Below, in pieces: positions 27,675 to 39,947 of a stretch of DNA of 64,000 bases. The notes below the pieces were generated by a model that was not told where the DNA came from, did not search any database, and saw nothing but the letters and a program-made list of their open reading frames with translations. The stretch is taken from positions 992,001 to 1,056,000 of the forward strand of contig CAVPCR010000001.1 of the NCBI GenBank assembly GCA_963702435.1. The letters are read 5' to 3'. Source of the stretch: Candidatus Eiseniibacteriota bacterium (GTDB taxonomy: Bacteria > Eisenbacteria > RBG-16-71-46 > CAVPCR01). How positions within the stretch are numbered: position 1 is the stretch's first letter; every line of letters begins with the position of its first letter. The translations under genes were made by a program, and so were the position numbers.

Positions 27675-29260
27675 ATGCGCGATCCCTGGACTCGACGTGA
27701 TTTCCTCCGAACCGGCGGCACCGCCTTCGCCGCGTTCCCGCTCGCCGGCCTCTGGCTCGATGAGGCGTTCGCCGCCGAGGCGCGACCGGCGCAACCGGCG
27801 GCGCCGCCGGCGTCGCGCCCGTCTTCGCCGACCACTTCGGCCTCGACGCGGCGGCGATGGAGAAGCTCCTCGCGATCGCCATGTCCCGCGGCGGCGACTA
27901 CGCGGACCTCTACTTCGAGTACCGGCTCTCGAACTCGATCTCCTTCGAGGAGAACCAGGTCAAGGACGCCTCGCGCGGCATCGTCCTCGGCGCGGGCGTG
28001 CGCGTGATCGCCGGCGACAAGACCGGCTACGCGTACTCGGATGACCTCTCCTTCGAGCGGCTCCAGCGCGCGGCGGAGACCGCGGCGCACATCGCCACCC
28101 AGCCGCGCGAGATCGGGCCGATCGCGATCGCGCCGCAATCCCTCCCCCACTACTACCTCGGGCGCCAGCTCGCGAGCGACGCGACCACCAAGGAGAAGCT
28201 CGCCCTCATCGAGCGCGCGAACCAGGCCGGCTACAAGGCGGACCCGCGCATCAGCAAGATGGTCGTCAACTACGGCGACGAGTTGAAGATCGTCCAGATC
28301 GCGAACACGGCGGGACAGCTCATCCGCGACACGCAACCCATGCTGCGGTTCCGCATCCGCGCCCTCGCCGAGGAAGGGAGCGAGCGCCAGAACGGCTCGA
28401 TGGCCGGCGGCGGCCGCGTCGGGCTCGAGTACTTCGCCGAGACCTCCCCCGAGTCGCTCGGCGAGAAGGCGGCGCGCCAGGCGATCACCATGCTCCACGC
28501 CGACGAGGCGCCGGCCGGCATGATGGAGGTCGTCCTCGGGAACGCCTACTCGGGGATCCTCCTCCACGAGGCGGTCGGGCACGGGCTCGAGGCCGACTTC
28601 AACCGGAAGGGCACCTCCAACTACTCGGGCAAGGTCGGCGAGATGGTGGCCTCGGAGCTTTGCACGGTCGTCGACGACGGCACGATCGCCGGCGATCGCG
28701 GCGCCATCAACGTGGACGACGAGGGGAACCCGTCCCAGCGGAAGGTCCTGATCGAGCGCGGGCGCCTCACCGGCTACATGCACGACCGCATCTCGGCGCG
28801 CGCCATGAGCGCTCCGGCGACCGGGAGCGGGCGGCGCGAGTCCTACCAGCACATGCCGCTCCCGCGCATGACGACGACCTACATGCTCGCCGGCGAATCC
28901 ACGCCCGAGGAGATCATCCGCTCGGTGAAGCGCGGCTTCTATGCGTTCGGCTTCGGCGGCGGACAGGTGGACATCTCGAACGGGGATTTCGTCTTCTCCG
29001 TCACCGAGGGCTACCTGATCGAGGACGGGAAGGTGACGCGACCGGTGAAGGGCGCGACCTTGATCGGCAACGGCCCCCAGGTCCTCGGCAAGGTGAGCAT
29101 GGTCGGCAACGATTTCCGCATCTCGGAAGCGATGTGGACCTGCGGCAAGGACGGGCAGAGCGTGCCGGTCGGAGTCGGCATGCCGCACGCGAAGATCGCC
29201 GAGATCACGGTGGGCGGGACGCGGAAGCCGTCGGGGCTCCCCACCCATCTCCAGTCGTAG
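27675..29260 (+). CDS. tldD: TldD metalloprotease with Tat signal peptide (frameshift near 27800)
   Basis: N-terminal TRRDFL Tat motif lies in the 27675 frame. The TldD body lies in the 27857 frame (GGDYADLYFE, LLHEAVGHGLEAD, PRMTTTYM, CGKDGQSVPV). One extra G at 27800-27801 would join the two. Confidence 0.85.
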
Positions 29261-29288
29261 CGGAAACGGATCCGGAGTCAACCCACAC

Positions 29289-30653
29289 ATGAGCGATCAG
29301 AAGCAGTACGCCGATCTCGCCGCCGAGGTGGTCCGCCGCGCCCAGAAGCTCGGCGCCGATCACGCCGAGGTCATGATCACGAGCGGCAGCGACTTCTCGG
29401 TCTCCGTGCGCATGGGCGAGATCGACACGCTGTCCGAAGCCACGTCCAAGGCGATGGGGATCCGCGTGTTCAAGGGGAAGAAGAAGTTCCTCTCCTACAC
29501 GTCGGACTTCGATCTCGAATCGATCGAGCGCTTCGTCCGCGAGTCGCTCACACTCGCCGATCTGACCGGGGATGACGAGGCGAGCGGGCTTCCCGCGGCC
29601 GACGAGCTCGCCGATCCGGCCACGGCGCCCGATCTCGCGCTCCACGATCCGGCGATCGACACGATCCCGACCGAGAAGCGGGTGGCCATGGCGCTCGCCG
29701 CCGAGAAGGCCGCGTTCGACTTCGACCCGCGGATCACGAACTCCTCGGGCGCCGACTTCTCGAGCTCCGAGGGGACGACCGTCCTCGCCAACTCGCTCGG
29801 CTTCACGGGCGCCTACCGCGAGTCGTCGGTGGGCCTCTCGGTGGCGCCGGTCGTGGATGCCGGCGGCAAGAAGCAGACCGACTACTGGTTCAGCCGGAGC
29901 CGCCGGGCGGCCGATCTCGCCCCGCCCGAGGAGGTCGGGCGAGAAGCGGCGCGGCGTGTCCTCCGCCGCCTCGATCCGATGAAGCCCGAGACGCGCGCCG
30001 TCCCCGTCGTCCTCGATCCGCTCATGGCGTCGGGCCTCGTCCGCATGGTCTTCATGGCGGCGAGCGGCGACATGGTGTGGCGGAAGCAGACCTTCCTCGC
30101 CGACCGTCTGGGACAGACGATCGCCTCCGACCTGGTGACGATCGTCGACGATCCGCTCCGCCCGGGCGATCTCGGCTCCCGCCCCTTCGACGCCGAAGGC
30201 GTGCGTTCCCGGAAGAACGTCATCGTCGAACGTGGCGTCCTCCGCCAGTTCCTCACCTCGACCTACTCGGCGCGCCGGCTCGGCGGGCGCTCGACCGGGA
30301 ACGCCTCGCGCGGGGTCAGTTCCGAGCCGGGGGTCGGCCCCTCGAATCTCTACCTCGAGCCCGGGCCGCACGATCCGGAAGAGCTCATCGCCTCGGTCGC
30401 CGATGGCCTCTACGTCACCAGTATGATGGGCTTCGGCGTCAACATGGTGAAGGGCGACTTCTCGCGGGGTGCTGCCGGAATCTGGATCGAGAACGGAAAG
30501 CTCACGCGAGCGGTGGCCGAGATCACGGTCGCCGGCAACATGAACGACATCCTGAAGGGCATCGTCATGGTCGGAAACGACATCCACCATGACTGGGGCA
30601 GCGTGCGCGCGCCGTCGTTGAAAATCGCGACATTGACGGTGTCCGGAGCCTGA
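29289..30653 (+). CDS. pmbA: TldE/PmbA family protein
   Basis: Motifs SRPFDAEG, STGNASR, GDFSRGAAGIWIENG and EITVAGN. Lacks HExxH and follows tldD. Confidence 0.9.
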   Translation: MSDQKQYADLAAEVVRRAQKLGADHAEVMITSGSDFSVSVRMGEIDTLSEATSKAMGIRVFKGKKKFLSYTSDFDLESIERFVRESLTLADLTGDDEASGLPAADELADPATAPDLALHDPAIDTIPTEKRVAMALAAEKAAFDFDPRITNSSGADFSSSEGTTVLANSLGFTGAYRESSVGLSVAPVVDAGGKKQTDYWFSRSRRAADLAPPEEVGREAARRVLRRLDPMKPETRAVPVVLDPLMASGLVRMVFMAASGDMVWRKQTFLADRLGQTIASDLVTIVDDPLRPGDLGSRPFDAEGVRSRKNVIVERGVLRQFLTSTYSARRLGGRSTGNASRGVSSEPGVGPSNLYLEPGPHDPEELIASVADGLYVTSMMGFGVNMVKGDFSRGAAGIWIENGKLTRAVAEITVAGNMNDILKGIVMVGNDIHHDWGSVRAPSLKIATLTVSGA

Positions 30654-30761
30654 TCGACGGAACCCGGGGCCTGAGCGACGGCGTCCGGGCCCGAGCGGTC
30701 CCGCGGAGCCGCCGGTTTTCCTGTGGCGAAAACCGACCGGAAGGCCGATCATCCGGCCGCC

Positions 30762-32021
30762 ATGCGCATTCTCGTCGTATCGCCGGCTTTCCCCTATCCG
30801 CTGATCAAGGGGATCAAGATCCGGCTCTTCAACATCGTGAGTCAGCTTGCGCGCCGGCACGAGGTGCACCTCGCGGCGATGGCGCTCAAGAACGATCCGA
30901 CGCACTGCCCGGAGCTCGAGGCGGTCGTCGCGGGGCTCACGCGCCTGCCGTCGCCGCGCATGGTGTGGGATCCCGATCGCCGCACCGGCATCATCGAGGA
31001 TCTCGCGCACGCCACGTCGAAGATCCTCCGCAGCGAGCCCAACCTGGTGGCGATCCATGTCACGCCCGCGCTCAGGGAGGCGGTGGCCGAGCTCGCCCGG
31101 ATCCCGTTCGATGCGATCTTCTGCTTCCGCACGTACCTCTTTCCACAGGTGGCGGCCATCGCCGGCGACCGCCCGGTGCTCGTCGACTTCGACGATGTCG
31201 AGCATGTCAAGATCCGCGAGCAGAGCGCGCTCATCGCGGGCAAGCTCACGCCGTTCCTCGACCGGGTCGAGAGCGGGAAGCTCCAGAAATGGGAGCACTG
31301 GATCGCGCGCGAGGCGGCGGCGAGCTTCGTCTGCGCGGAGGCGGACCGCGCCCACTTCCCGGCCGAGGTGAGGCCGCGCATCCACGTGCTCCCCAACGGC
31401 GCACACTTCGGCGCGACGGAGCCGGCGGTCGCCGGCGACGAGGCCGCTCCGGCCGCGGACGCCCCGCTGCGCCTCCTCCTCCTCGGCGACATGGGCTACC
31501 TCCCGAATGCCGACTCGGCCGTCACCTTCTGCGAGAACATCCTGCCGCGCATCCGCAGCGAGGTGCCGGCGGTCGAGGTGGCGATCGTCGGCAATCATCC
31601 GGGCCCGGAGATCAAGGCGCTGGCGCGCATCCCCGGAGTCCGAGTGACGGGCTTCGTCCCCGACGTCGCGCCGTGGTTCAAGTCGGCGGCGATCCTCGTC
31701 GTGCCCATCCGCTTCGGCGGCGGCACGCGCATCAAGATCCTCGAGGCGCTCCGCCATCGCCGCGCCGTGGTGGCGAGTCCGGCCGGTGCGGCGGGACTCG
31801 CCCCCGAGTCCGGCCGGCATCTCATCGTCGCGCGCGATGACACGGACTTCGCAGCCCAGGTGGTGGCGCTCCTGCGCGATCCGGCGCGCCGCGCCGCGCT
31901 CGGGGCGGCAGGCGAGGAATGGGCGCGTGGCAACTACGACTGGGATCGGATCGGGGATCACCTGCTCGCGGTGGTCGATCAGGTGATGGGGCGGAGCGCC
32001 GGCGACGATCACTCCAGGTAG
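30762..32021 (+). CDS. Glycosyltransferase family 4 (GT-B)
   Basis: MRILVVSPAFPYP N-terminus, with GDMGYLPN and VPIRFGGGTRIKILEA motifs. Confidence 0.88.
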   Translation: MRILVVSPAFPYPLIKGIKIRLFNIVSQLARRHEVHLAAMALKNDPTHCPELEAVVAGLTRLPSPRMVWDPDRRTGIIEDLAHATSKILRSEPNLVAIHVTPALREAVAELARIPFDAIFCFRTYLFPQVAAIAGDRPVLVDFDDVEHVKIREQSALIAGKLTPFLDRVESGKLQKWEHWIAREAAASFVCAEADRAHFPAEVRPRIHVLPNGAHFGATEPAVAGDEAAPAADAPLRLLLLGDMGYLPNADSAVTFCENILPRIRSEVPAVEVAIVGNHPGPEIKALARIPGVRVTGFVPDVAPWFKSAAILVVPIRFGGGTRIKILEALRHRRAVVASPAGAAGLAPESGRHLIVARDDTDFAAQVVALLRDPARRAALGAAGEEWARGNYDWDRIGDHLLAVVDQVMGRSAGDDHSR

Positions 32022-32081
32022 GGCGCGACGCGCCCGCCGAGCAGCGCCCCGGCAGTGCCGCCGATGCGCGCTGCCACCCGG

Positions 32082-33572
32082 TCAACGGACGCAGAGCACC
32101 TTCTCGGCGATCACCTGCTTCGCGGTGGCGAGGCGGGCGAAGTAGACACCCTCGGGCGCCGGACGCGCGCGGTCGTCGCGGCCGTCCCACACCACATCGA
32201 GGCGGTTCGCGGGGAGCGGGCCGTCGAGGAGCGTGCGGCGGAGGCTCCCGCGCACGTCGTAGATCTCGAGCCGCACGCGCTCGCCCGGAGCGCGCGGCAG
32301 GCTCGTCAGGTCGGCGGTGAGGCGGGCCGCCCCGGCGAACGGATTGGGCTCGATCGCGAGCGCCAGCGCGGGCGGCGCGGGAGCCGGCTCGGGCGCCACC
32401 CCGATGTTCCAGTAGGGCGGGCAGGTGATCTCGAAGAGCTCGCTCCCGTTGGCGCCGCTCATCCAGTTGATCCAGAAGCGCTCCTCGCTGCCGCCCCACT
32501 CCATGCCGCTCACCTCGCCCCAGGAATCCGTGCCGCGCAGGATCGGCTCGATCGTGCGATCCCGGCGCACGAGGAGGAGCTCGTTGTAACCGTAGAGGAC
32601 CGCATTCTCCGGATACTGGTCCTCGTGCACGTAGAGGTTCCCGTACCTGTCCACTTCCATGTTGTCGGGATTGGCGAACAGCGGGCCGTCGCCGTCGAGC
32701 CAGCGCGTCATCTCGCGCGTGCGCGGGTCGAAGCGCAGGATGTAGCCGAGTCGCGACTCGGGTTCGCTGAGCCTTCCCGTCACCGCGATGTAGATCGCGT
32801 CGTCCACCGGGTTATAGACGAGATCCTCGGGGCGCGGATGGGTCGTCGCGCCGAGAGCGATCGCCTGCTCCTCGGTGTGCACCATGTCGGTCACGAGCAC
32901 CCAGTCGCGGGTCGCCTCGCGGAGCGCGTAGAGTGAGCCGGAGCCCAGGTTGTTCGGGGAGGCCGGCACGAACCGGAAGAAGACGCCGGTATAGGAGTCG
33001 TCGGTCAGGTAGAGGTCGCCGGTCCGCGGATCCTCGATGACCCCCTCGTGCGAGAAGCGGCCGAGCGCGGTCCGCCGCCAGTAGAGGCCGGGAGTGAAGG
33101 TGTTCACCTCGAGCACGTGTCCGAGACCGAGGCTGTCCGCCGGCGGATGCTCCTCGCAGGAGAGCACCGTGCGCCAGCGGGTCACGACACCCGAGCAGTT
33201 GAAGTGGGTGCCGCTCACCCAGGCGAGGCGCTCGGTGATCTCGCCTTCCTCGTAGCGGAGGCGGCTCAACCCGCCGCCGGGATAGGCGATCTCGTGGCTG
33301 AGGAAGAGCCAGCCGACGTCACCGCCGAAGGGCAGCGGCACCCAGTAGACCTTGTCGAACTTGTCGCGGAGCGTGCCGCCGCCGTTCATGGGGTCGCCGA
33401 CGCGCGCAAGGAGGCGGCGCGAGCCGCCGGGAACAAGGACCTCGACATCGGCGGCGAGCGGCGGGGCGAGAGCAAGGCACGCGAGGACAGCGGCGGCGAA
33501 CGCGCGAAAGCCGAGCGCGCCGGCAACGCGGACGCCGAGCATACGTGGATCGCGGCCACGGGGCTGTCGCAT
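32082..33572 (-). CDS. PhoX/DUF839-like beta-propeller phosphatase with FlgD-Ig-like C-terminal domain
   Basis: Motifs NCSG..T.W.TVLSCEE, ALGRFSHE, RPED, NPDN and VHED. Ends with PNPF...WDGRD...GVYF. Confidence 0.8.
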   Translation of the reverse strand: MRQPRGRDPRMLGVRVAGALGFRAFAAAVLACLALAPPLAADVEVLVPGGSRRLLARVGDPMNGGGTLRDKFDKVYWVPLPFGGDVGWLFLSHEIAYPGGGLSRLRYEEGEITERLAWVSGTHFNCSGVVTRWRTVLSCEEHPPADSLGLGHVLEVNTFTPGLYWRRTALGRFSHEGVIEDPRTGDLYLTDDSYTGVFFRFVPASPNNLGSGSLYALREATRDWVLVTDMVHTEEQAIALGATTHPRPEDLVYNPVDDAIYIAVTGRLSEPESRLGYILRFDPRTREMTRWLDGDGPLFANPDNMEVDRYGNLYVHEDQYPENAVLYGYNELLLVRRDRTIEPILRGTDSWGEVSGMEWGGSEERFWINWMSGANGSELFEITCPPYWNIGVAPEPAPAPPALALAIEPNPFAGAARLTADLTSLPRAPGERVRLEIYDVRGSLRRTLLDGPLPANRLDVVWDGRDDRARPAPEGVYFARLATAKQVIAEKVLCVR

Positions 33573-33856
33573 GCGGTGTCGGTCTCCAGATGCGAATGCG
33601 GGATGCGGCGGCCGGGTCGGGACGTCGGTGAAGCCCGCGGGAGGGGCGCCGGGGGGCGGCGCCGAGGGCGGGGCGAGCTAGATTCTACCCCATCCTGCCC
33701 CCGCTGCCGCCACCGGAAGCTCGGACGAGCCCGGGTGGGGAAACTCCCCCGCGTACGCTGCCTCGCGGCAGGACATCGGGCGGTCCAAGTAGCGAGAAAC
33801 ATGCCGCTTGGGGCAGAGGAAACCTTGTTGGGCCGGCCGGGCCGCGGCTAGAATAG

Positions 33857-36800
33857 GTGGGCGCCCATCCGCACCGGTCCCCCGATCCCGATCCCTGGAT
33901 AGCCGCAGCCCGAGCTCGAGCACCCATGACCCTCGATCCGATCGTCCGTCCGCGCCCTTTGCCTCGGTCGGCGCGCATGCGGCACGCCCCCCCGGCCGCG
34001 CCCGCTGCCCCGGCTCGCGCCCGCCCGGTTCTGCCGCTCGCCCTGGCCGGCGGCCTCGCGCTGGCCGCGCTTCTCGTCCCGCTCGCCGTGCTTCTCGTTC
34101 CGCTCGCCCGCGCCGCCGGCCCCGCCGGCGCCGCCGAGATCGTGGTTCCGCTCTCGTTCTCCGCGGCCGATCTCGAGGTCACCGCGATCGAGGGGCGGCA
34201 CGAGATCGCGCTTCGCGCCGCGATGACGCCGCTCGAGGCGGAGCCCGACCTGATCGCCGCCGGCGGCGGTGCGGCGGGCGGCGCTCCGAACCCGCTCGCC
34301 GCCGGCGCCCCGGCGCTTCCGCTCCGTCGCGTCACGGTGGTCCTTCCCCCGGGGATGACGATCGCGAGCGTGCGCGCCGTGGCCGGCGCCGAGATCGCGC
34401 TTCCCGGGTTCCATCTCCCGCGCCCGCTCGCCGCTCCGGCGAGTGACGCAGATTCTGGTGGCGATACGCAAGATACCGCACCACGCATCGGCAAGCCCGA
34501 CCCGGCCATCTACGCCGCGACGACCCCCTTTCCGGAGGACCTCGCCGTGGCCGGAGGCGCCGGCACCATGCGCGGCGTCACGCTCGCGAACGTCCTCGTC
34601 TCCCCGGTGCGCTACGTGGGCGCGACCGGCGAACTCCGGCTCGCCACCGAGCTCGCGATCCACGTCGCCTACGCCCCGGCGCCGGCCGCGATCACCGCGG
34701 AGATCCGCCGCCGCGATCCAGCCCGCACCCGCGACACGCTCGAACGCCGCGAGCGGGACTGGCTCCTCCGCCACGTCGCCAACCCCGACGACTTTCCACG
34801 GTTTTACGAACCAGGGGCCCGCGCCGCGCTCGGCCCCGATACCCCGCTCCCCTACGCGGGCTTCCGGCCGACCGAGTTCCCCTCGGTCGACGGACCGCCG
34901 GTCGAGTACGTGATCGTCACCGACTCGGTGGCCGTGGATGGACGCCAGGTCGGCGATCTACCGGGTGAATTCCAGCGCCTTGCCGACTGGAAGACACGGA
35001 AGGGCACGCCCGCGGTCGTCCGCACCGTGACCTGGATCCGGGCCCACTACCCCGGACACGACGACGCGGCGCGGATCCGCGCCTTCCTGATCGACGCCTT
35101 CACGCTCTGGGGAACCGACTACGTCCTCCTCGGCGGCGACACCCGCATCGTGCCCGACCGGCGGATGAACGGCATCTCGCTCGGCGCCGGCCATCCGCCG
35201 GCGGACGTCTACTACGGCGCGCTCGACTCGAGCTGGGATCTCGACCGGGACGGCGCCTACGGCGAGCCGGGCGCCGACGCCCAGGCCAGCGATCCCTACT
35301 GGGACGTGTGGGTCGGCCGCGCCCCAGTGGAAAACAGCGCCGAGGCGGCGATTTTCGTTGAGCGCAGCCTCCAGTACGCGCGGGCACCGGGGGCCGATCT
35401 CACCGGGCTCGACCCCGGTTACTACGAGAAGCTCCTTCTCATGGAAGGCCTCGCCAACTGCCCCAACTGGGGCCTCGCCTGCAACGGGCTCTTCGTCGGG
35501 GAGACCCTCCTCCGGCGGATCGCGCCTCCGCACATTGCGAAGACCCGCCTGTACCAGCGGCTGCTCGATCCGAGCCCCGCGTGCCTGTATCACCAGACCT
35601 ACGTCGAGACCGCCGACTCGGTGCAGGTCCAGTGGACGACGACCGCCGCCTTTGCGGCCGTGGACGCCGGGTACGGGTTCATCCATCACTACGAGCACTC
35701 GAATCCCTACGAGGAGGGCGGGGCGAGCGGCGGCTTCGGCTGCGCCGTGACCTCCGGCGGCGCGCTCGGCCGCGAGTACATCGACCTCCTCGGGAACGCG
35801 CCCAACTGGTCGATCGTCTACTCGACCGGGGCCGGCGTGAACGCGTTCGACTACGAGTCGGTGTCGGAGCACTGGGTGCTGAATCCCGCCGGCGGCGCCG
35901 CCGCCTACATCGGGAAGACGCGGAGCGGCTCGATCAGCAGCACGACCGGGGAGGTGGATACCCTCACCTTCGCGAACCTCTTCATCGCAGAGATGACGAT
36001 CGGCCAGGCCATGGCAATCGCCACTCAGAGCGTGTCGATCGGGCCCGCCACCTCGGTCGCTTCCTTCAACCTGCTCGGCGATCCAGAGCTCAAGCCGTGG
36101 ACACGCGCGCCGCGCGCGATGAGCCTCACGGTGAGCCCGGCGACCTTCACGCCGGGGGACGTGCCCGTCCAGGTCACCGCGCGCGATGCGGCGACCCAGG
36201 AGCCGATCGCCGGGGCGCGCGTGGCCCTCGCGCAGGGCGATCGCGCCTACGCCTACGGCCTGACCGGCGCCGACGGTACGGCCCGCTTCGCGGTCGCCCT
36301 GCCCACCCGCGATGACGTGGCGATCACAGCGACCGCGCCCTCCCACCTCCCGCGGACGGCGACTCTCGGCGCCGGCCTCGCCGCCGCGCCGGCGATCGCC
36401 TACCGGAGCCACGCCGTTCTCGACGACTCGCTCGGAGTCGCCAATGCAAACGGGATCGCCGATGCGGGCGAGGTGCTCAAGCTCGATGTGACCGCCGAGA
36501 ATCGCGGCACCGGGACGGCGCTGGGGACGACCGGGACGCTCGCCGTGATCGGGGCGGTGACGCTCGATGTCGCGATCGACGGACAGTGCGAACCCGCGGC
36601 CGTCTACGCCGGCGCCCTCGACGGCCACCCCGGCGCCGGAGCGAACTGCGTCCTCCGCTTTCCGGCGGACGAGTTCAACGGCCTGAGCCCGCACGGCCGA
36701 CCGGCGGCGCTCCCCGGCTCGACCGCACGCGGCGCCTTCGTGTGGCGGGAGGCCGATCGCTGGCATCTGGTCACCCGCGGGCCTGCGGCGCCCGCCCCGC

Positions 36801-39508
36801 CGGGCACGCGCTTCGCCGGCGGCTGCCGCGTCCCCGGGGCGCACGAGCTCGTCCAGGCCGGCGCCCTCGAAGCGGGCGACATGTGGAGCGCGGTCGGCGC
36901 CGACTCGATCCACTTCGACTTCACGGCGCAGGCGCCCGGCGACGTGGACAGCCTCCTCTTCACCGCGCGCGAGGGAGCGTGGATCGCGCTTCCGGCGGCC
37001 GCCGCCGCCTACGGAACGCTCGCGCCCGGGGCGAGCGCGACCTCCCGCTTCCTCATGGCCACGACCGCCGATTGCCCGGATCGCCACGCACCCCGCATCG
37101 AGCTTCGCGTCACGGACGTGTTCGGCGCGGCCGTCGGGCGCTCGAGCTTCGCGTTCCCGGTGGCGGCCCCCCTCCTCGCCTATGCGCGCCAGGAGGCGGC
37201 GATCGTCGGGGGGGCGGGCTCGATCCTCCCGGTCGTGCGGAACACGGGGAGTGGGGTCGCCGGGGCAGCGCGCGCCGTCCTCCGCCGGAGCGCGGGCGCG
37301 GCCACGGTCGTGGATTCGGTCGTCACTTTCGGCGCCATCCCGGGGAATTCCGAGAGCGGCCCGCTCCTCGACGTGTTCATCCTGGCCGGCGCCGACACGA
37401 CGACCGCGCTCTTCACGGTCGCGCTCGAGAACCAGTTCCCGGACGGGACGCGGCGCACCTGGTCGCCCGCCGCTCCGCTCGACCTCCGCCGGCCCTGCCC
37501 GCCGGCCGCCCTCACCGCCGACCCGATGCACGGCGGCGGCATGCGCCTCCGCTGGACGGCGCCCGCGAACACGTGCGCGCCTGATCTCGCGGGCTACAAC
37601 ATCTATCGCCGGCTCGGCGCCGCCGGGCCGTTCGCGCTCGTTGCGGGAGCGGGCCTCGACTCTACGCAGAGCGTGCAGGAGGTGGGGCTCGCGCCCGACA
37701 CGACCTGGACCTTCGCCGTCGCCGCGCGCGACTCCTCGGGCAACGAGAGCGCATGGTCGAGCCCCGCGACCCAGTCGACCTGGATCCCGGAGCGCGCGGG
37801 ATGGCCCCGGCCGGTCGATGCCGGCACGCCGGCCTCGCCGCTCGTCCTCGATGTGGACGGGGACGGCGATCGCGAGATCTTCGTCCTCGGGAACGCCCTC
37901 TATGGCTGGCATGCCGACGGCTCGCCGCTCATTCCCGCGCACGCGGACGGCGTCATCTTCCGGCCGGCGCGCTCGGTCGCGACGATGACGCAGGGCGCCA
38001 CCGGGGTCTTCTTCGGCGCACCGGCCGCCGCCGATCTCGAGCATGACGGGTCGTTCGAGATCGCGATGGCGGCGTGGGACGACTCGCTCTGGGTCGTGGA
38101 TGCGCTGACGGGCGCGCTCCGCTTCGGGCGCCGCTGCATCGCCAAGTACTCCTCGCCCGCGATCGGCGACATGGATGGCGACGGCAACTTCGACGTCGTG
38201 ATCGGCTCCGATGCCGACACGGTCTATGCGTGGCGCCACGATGGCAGGCCGGTGAACCCCGCGTTCCCGAGCGGCGCGCTGGCCCCGCTCCCGGACGGGG
38301 CCATCATCAATTACACGACGCCCGCGCTTGCCGACATCGACGCGAACCCGCTCACCGTCGAGGTCATCCATGCGACCTTCCGCGGAGACATCTATGCATG
38401 GAATGCGAGCGGCACCCTCCTCTGGTCGTGCGACGTCGGACCCAACCGCCCGCTCTCCACACCTGCGATCGGCGACGTGGACGACGACGGCGTGCTCGAA
38501 GCGGTGGTGGTCCAGGGCAACGCGACGACCGGCAGCGCCGCCAACGCGCTCTACATCGTGAACGCCGAGACCGGCGCGATCGAGCGGAGCTGGTCCGGCG
38601 ATCTCGCGATCCCGGGGAACGTGTTCAGCCCGGGGAACTACATCCATCCACCGAGCCTCGCCGACCTGGACCGGGACGGCGATCTCGAGATCCTGGTCGG
38701 GACCTCGGGTATCACCTGGCCGCCGCCCTCCGCGCCGCTCCTTGGCGGGGCGACCGTTCTCGTCTTCGACCACGACGGCGTTGCGGGCTACGCGCTCGCC
38801 TGCCGCGACGCGATCCCGCTGCCGGGGCTCAACATGACGAACGTGAGCCAGCAGAACGTGAACGCGCAGCCGATCGTGGCCGATCTCGACGGCGATCCCG
38901 GCTACGAGATCGGCGCCGGCTCGACCACCTTCGGCCTCTTCCTGTTCGAGGCCGATCCCGCGCTCGCCGCCTGCACCGAGGAGCCGGGCTGGCCGCTCCT
39001 CTTCTCCGGAGAGGTCGAGGCAACTCCGGTCGTCACCGACGTGGATCGGGACGGGCTCGCCGACCTCGTCGTGCGCACGCACGACGGCGAGGTGCATGTC
39101 TTCGCGACCGGGAACCCGTACTCGGCGGAGGCCGTCGCCTGGGGCCAGTTCGCGCACGATCCGCGGCACACCTCGAACGCGACGACGCCGGTCGAGGTGG
39201 GGATCGCGGACGCGCCGGTGCCCGCGGCCCCCTCCCTCGCGCTCCGGCAGAACGCGCCGAATCCGTTCCGGCCGCCGACCGCGATCGCGTACGCGCTCCC
39301 CGCGGCGAGTCGCGTGCGGCTCGCGATCTACACGGTCGACGGGCGGCTCGTGCGGACCCTCGTCGATCGGGTGGCCGCGGCCGGCGAGCACACGGTGGCC
39401 TGGGACGGCCGCGATGCGAGCGGCCGCGAGCAGGCGGCCGGCATCTACTTCTACCGGCTCGAAGCGCCGGCCGGGAGCGCCACGCGGAAGCTCGCGCTCG
39501 TCAGATAG
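33857..39508 (+). CDS. Gingipain-like (peptidase C25) multidomain protein with FN3, FG-GAP repeats and FlgD-Ig-like C-terminal domain
   Basis: Propeptide-like region, then EYVIVT...[29 protein letters not shown] and [11 protein letters not shown]3 motif [15 protein letters not shown], several D.DGDG..E repeats, and a PNPF/WDGRD tail. Start is uncertain (33926 or 33978 possible). Confidence 0.85.
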   Translation: MGAHPHRSPDPDPWIAAARARAPMTLDPIVRPRPLPRSARMRHAPPAAPAAPARARPVLPLALAGGLALAALLVPLAVLLVPLARAAGPAGAAEIVVPLSFSAADLEVTAIEGRHEIALRAAMTPLEAEPDLIAAGGGAAGGAPNPLAAGAPALPLRRVTVVLPPGMTIASVRAVAGAEIALPGFHLPRPLAAPASDADSGGDTQDTAPRIGKPDPAIYAATTPFPEDLAVAGGAGTMRGVTLANVLVSPVRYVGATGELRLATELAIHVAYAPAPAAITAEIRRRDPARTRDTLERRERDWLLRHVANPDDFPRFYEPGARAALGPDTPLPYAGFRPTEFPSVDGPPVEYVIVTDSVAVDGRQVGDLPGEFQRLADWKTRKGTPAVVRTVTWIRAHYPGHDDAARIRAFLIDAFTLWGTDYVLLGGDTRIVPDRRMNGISLGAGHPPADVYYGALDSSWDLDRDGAYGEPGADAQASDPYWDVWVGRAPVENSAEAAIFVERSLQYARAPGADLTGLDPGYYEKLLLMEGLANCPNWGLACNGLFVGETLLRRIAPPHIAKTRLYQRLLDPSPACLYHQTYVETADSVQVQWTTTAAFAAVDAGYGFIHHYEHSNPYEEGGASGGFGCAVTSGGALGREYIDLLGNAPNWSIVYSTGAGVNAFDYESVSEHWVLNPAGGAAAYIGKTRSGSISSTTGEVDTLTFANLFIAEMTIGQAMAIATQSVSIGPATSVASFNLLGDPELKPWTRAPRAMSLTVSPATFTPGDVPVQVTARDAATQEPIAGARVALAQGDRAYAYGLTGADGTARFAVALPTRDDVAITATAPSHLPRTATLGAGLAAAPAIAYRSHAVLDDSLGVANANGIADAGEVLKLDVTAENRGTGTALGTTGTLAVIGAVTLDVAIDGQCEPAAVYAGALDGHPGAGANCVLRFPADEFNGLSPHGRPAALPGSTARGAFVWREADRWHLVTRGPAAPAPPGTRFAGGCRVPGAHELVQAGALEAGDMWSAVGADSIHFDFTAQAPGDVDSLLFTAREGAWIALPAAAAAYGTLAPGASATSRFLMATTADCPDRHAPRIELRVTDVFGAAVGRSSFAFPVAAPLLAYARQEAAIVGGAGSILPVVRNTGSGVAGAARAVLRRSAGAATVVDSVVTFGAIPGNSESGPLLDVFILAGADTTTALFTVALENQFPDGTRRTWSPAAPLDLRRPCPPAALTADPMHGGGMRLRWTAPANTCAPDLAGYNIYRRLGAAGPFALVAGAGLDSTQSVQEVGLAPDTTWTFAVAARDSSGNESAWSSPATQSTWIPERAGWPRPVDAGTPASPLVLDVDGDGDREIFVLGNALYGWHADGSPLIPAHADGVIFRPARSVATMTQGATGVFFGAPAAADLEHDGSFEIAMAAWDDSLWVVDALTGALRFGRRCIAKYSSPAIGDMDGDGNFDVVIGSDADTVYAWRHDGRPVNPAFPSGALAPLPDGAIINYTTPALADIDANPLTVEVIHATFRGDIYAWNASGTLLWSCDVGPNRPLSTPAIGDVDDDGVLEAVVVQGNATTGSAANALYIVNAETGAIERSWSGDLAIPGNVFSPGNYIHPPSLADLDRDGDLEILVGTSGITWPPPSAPLLGGATVLVFDHDGVAGYALACRDAIPLPGLNMTNVSQQNVNAQPIVADLDGDPGYEIGAGSTTFGLFLFEADPALAACTEEPGWPLLFSGEVEATPVVTDVDRDGLADLVVRTHDGEVHVFATGNPYSAEAVAWGQFAHDPRHTSNATTPVEVGIADAPVPAAPSLALRQNAPNPFRPPTAIAYALPAASRVRLAIYTVDGRLVRTLVDRVAAAGEHTVAWDGRDASGREQAAGIYFYRLEAPAGSATRKLALVR

Positions 39509-39582
39509 GCCGCGTGACGCGGATGTCCAGCGGCCAGCGCACGGCGAGGGGGCGACGGCGGTCGCCGCCGATCGCCTGCCGC

Positions 39583-39705
39583 GGGCAGCACCTTGAGCGC
39601 CACGTCCCGCCCGAGCTTGGTGTCGCTCGCGCGATAGACCTCGCCCATGCCGCCGGCGCCGATCTTCTGCGTGATCCGATAGTGCGAGATCGTCTGTCCG
39701 ATCAT
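39583..39705 (-). pseudogene. N-terminal fragment of a Hanks-type Ser/Thr kinase
   Basis: [41 protein letters not shown] covers subdomains I-II, after which similarity ends abruptly. Confidence 0.85.
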
Positions 39706-39947
39706 GGTCCGGGACTCCATCGGTCAAAGCAGCTCCCGCCGCCCATGCGCCGGCTGCTGCGCTGCGTCATTGTCGGCCGGCCCGGCCCGGGGATGGCCTG
39801 GACCCGGCTCCCCGCCGTGCGCTTCGGCCGCGTGGTCCAGGACCGCGGATCGAGCCCGAGAGGCGCAGCCGCAACCATGACACATGGATTGCATGTGGAT
39901 GTATGATGACGACGCACGTCAGGCAGTGCGAACAGGGAGGGATAACG

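Noticed and set aside
27795..27810. Programmed ribosomal frameshift in tldD
   Set aside because: There is no slippery heptamer, and the same deletion pattern occurs at other G/C runs in the window.
34958..39727. 1589-aa minus-strand ORF and many other long Arg/Ala/Gly-rich ORFs (e.g. 20677..23418, 29205..32012, 42346..44778)
   Set aside because: These are shadow frames of real genes, expected at this GC content, and carry no family motifs. The exception is the short kinase stub, which lies in a different frame.
39877..39893. TGACACA-TGGA-TTGCA as a sigma-54 promoter for the DUF4440 gene
   Set aside because: It lacks the near-invariant GG at -24 (GA instead), so it is too weak to call.
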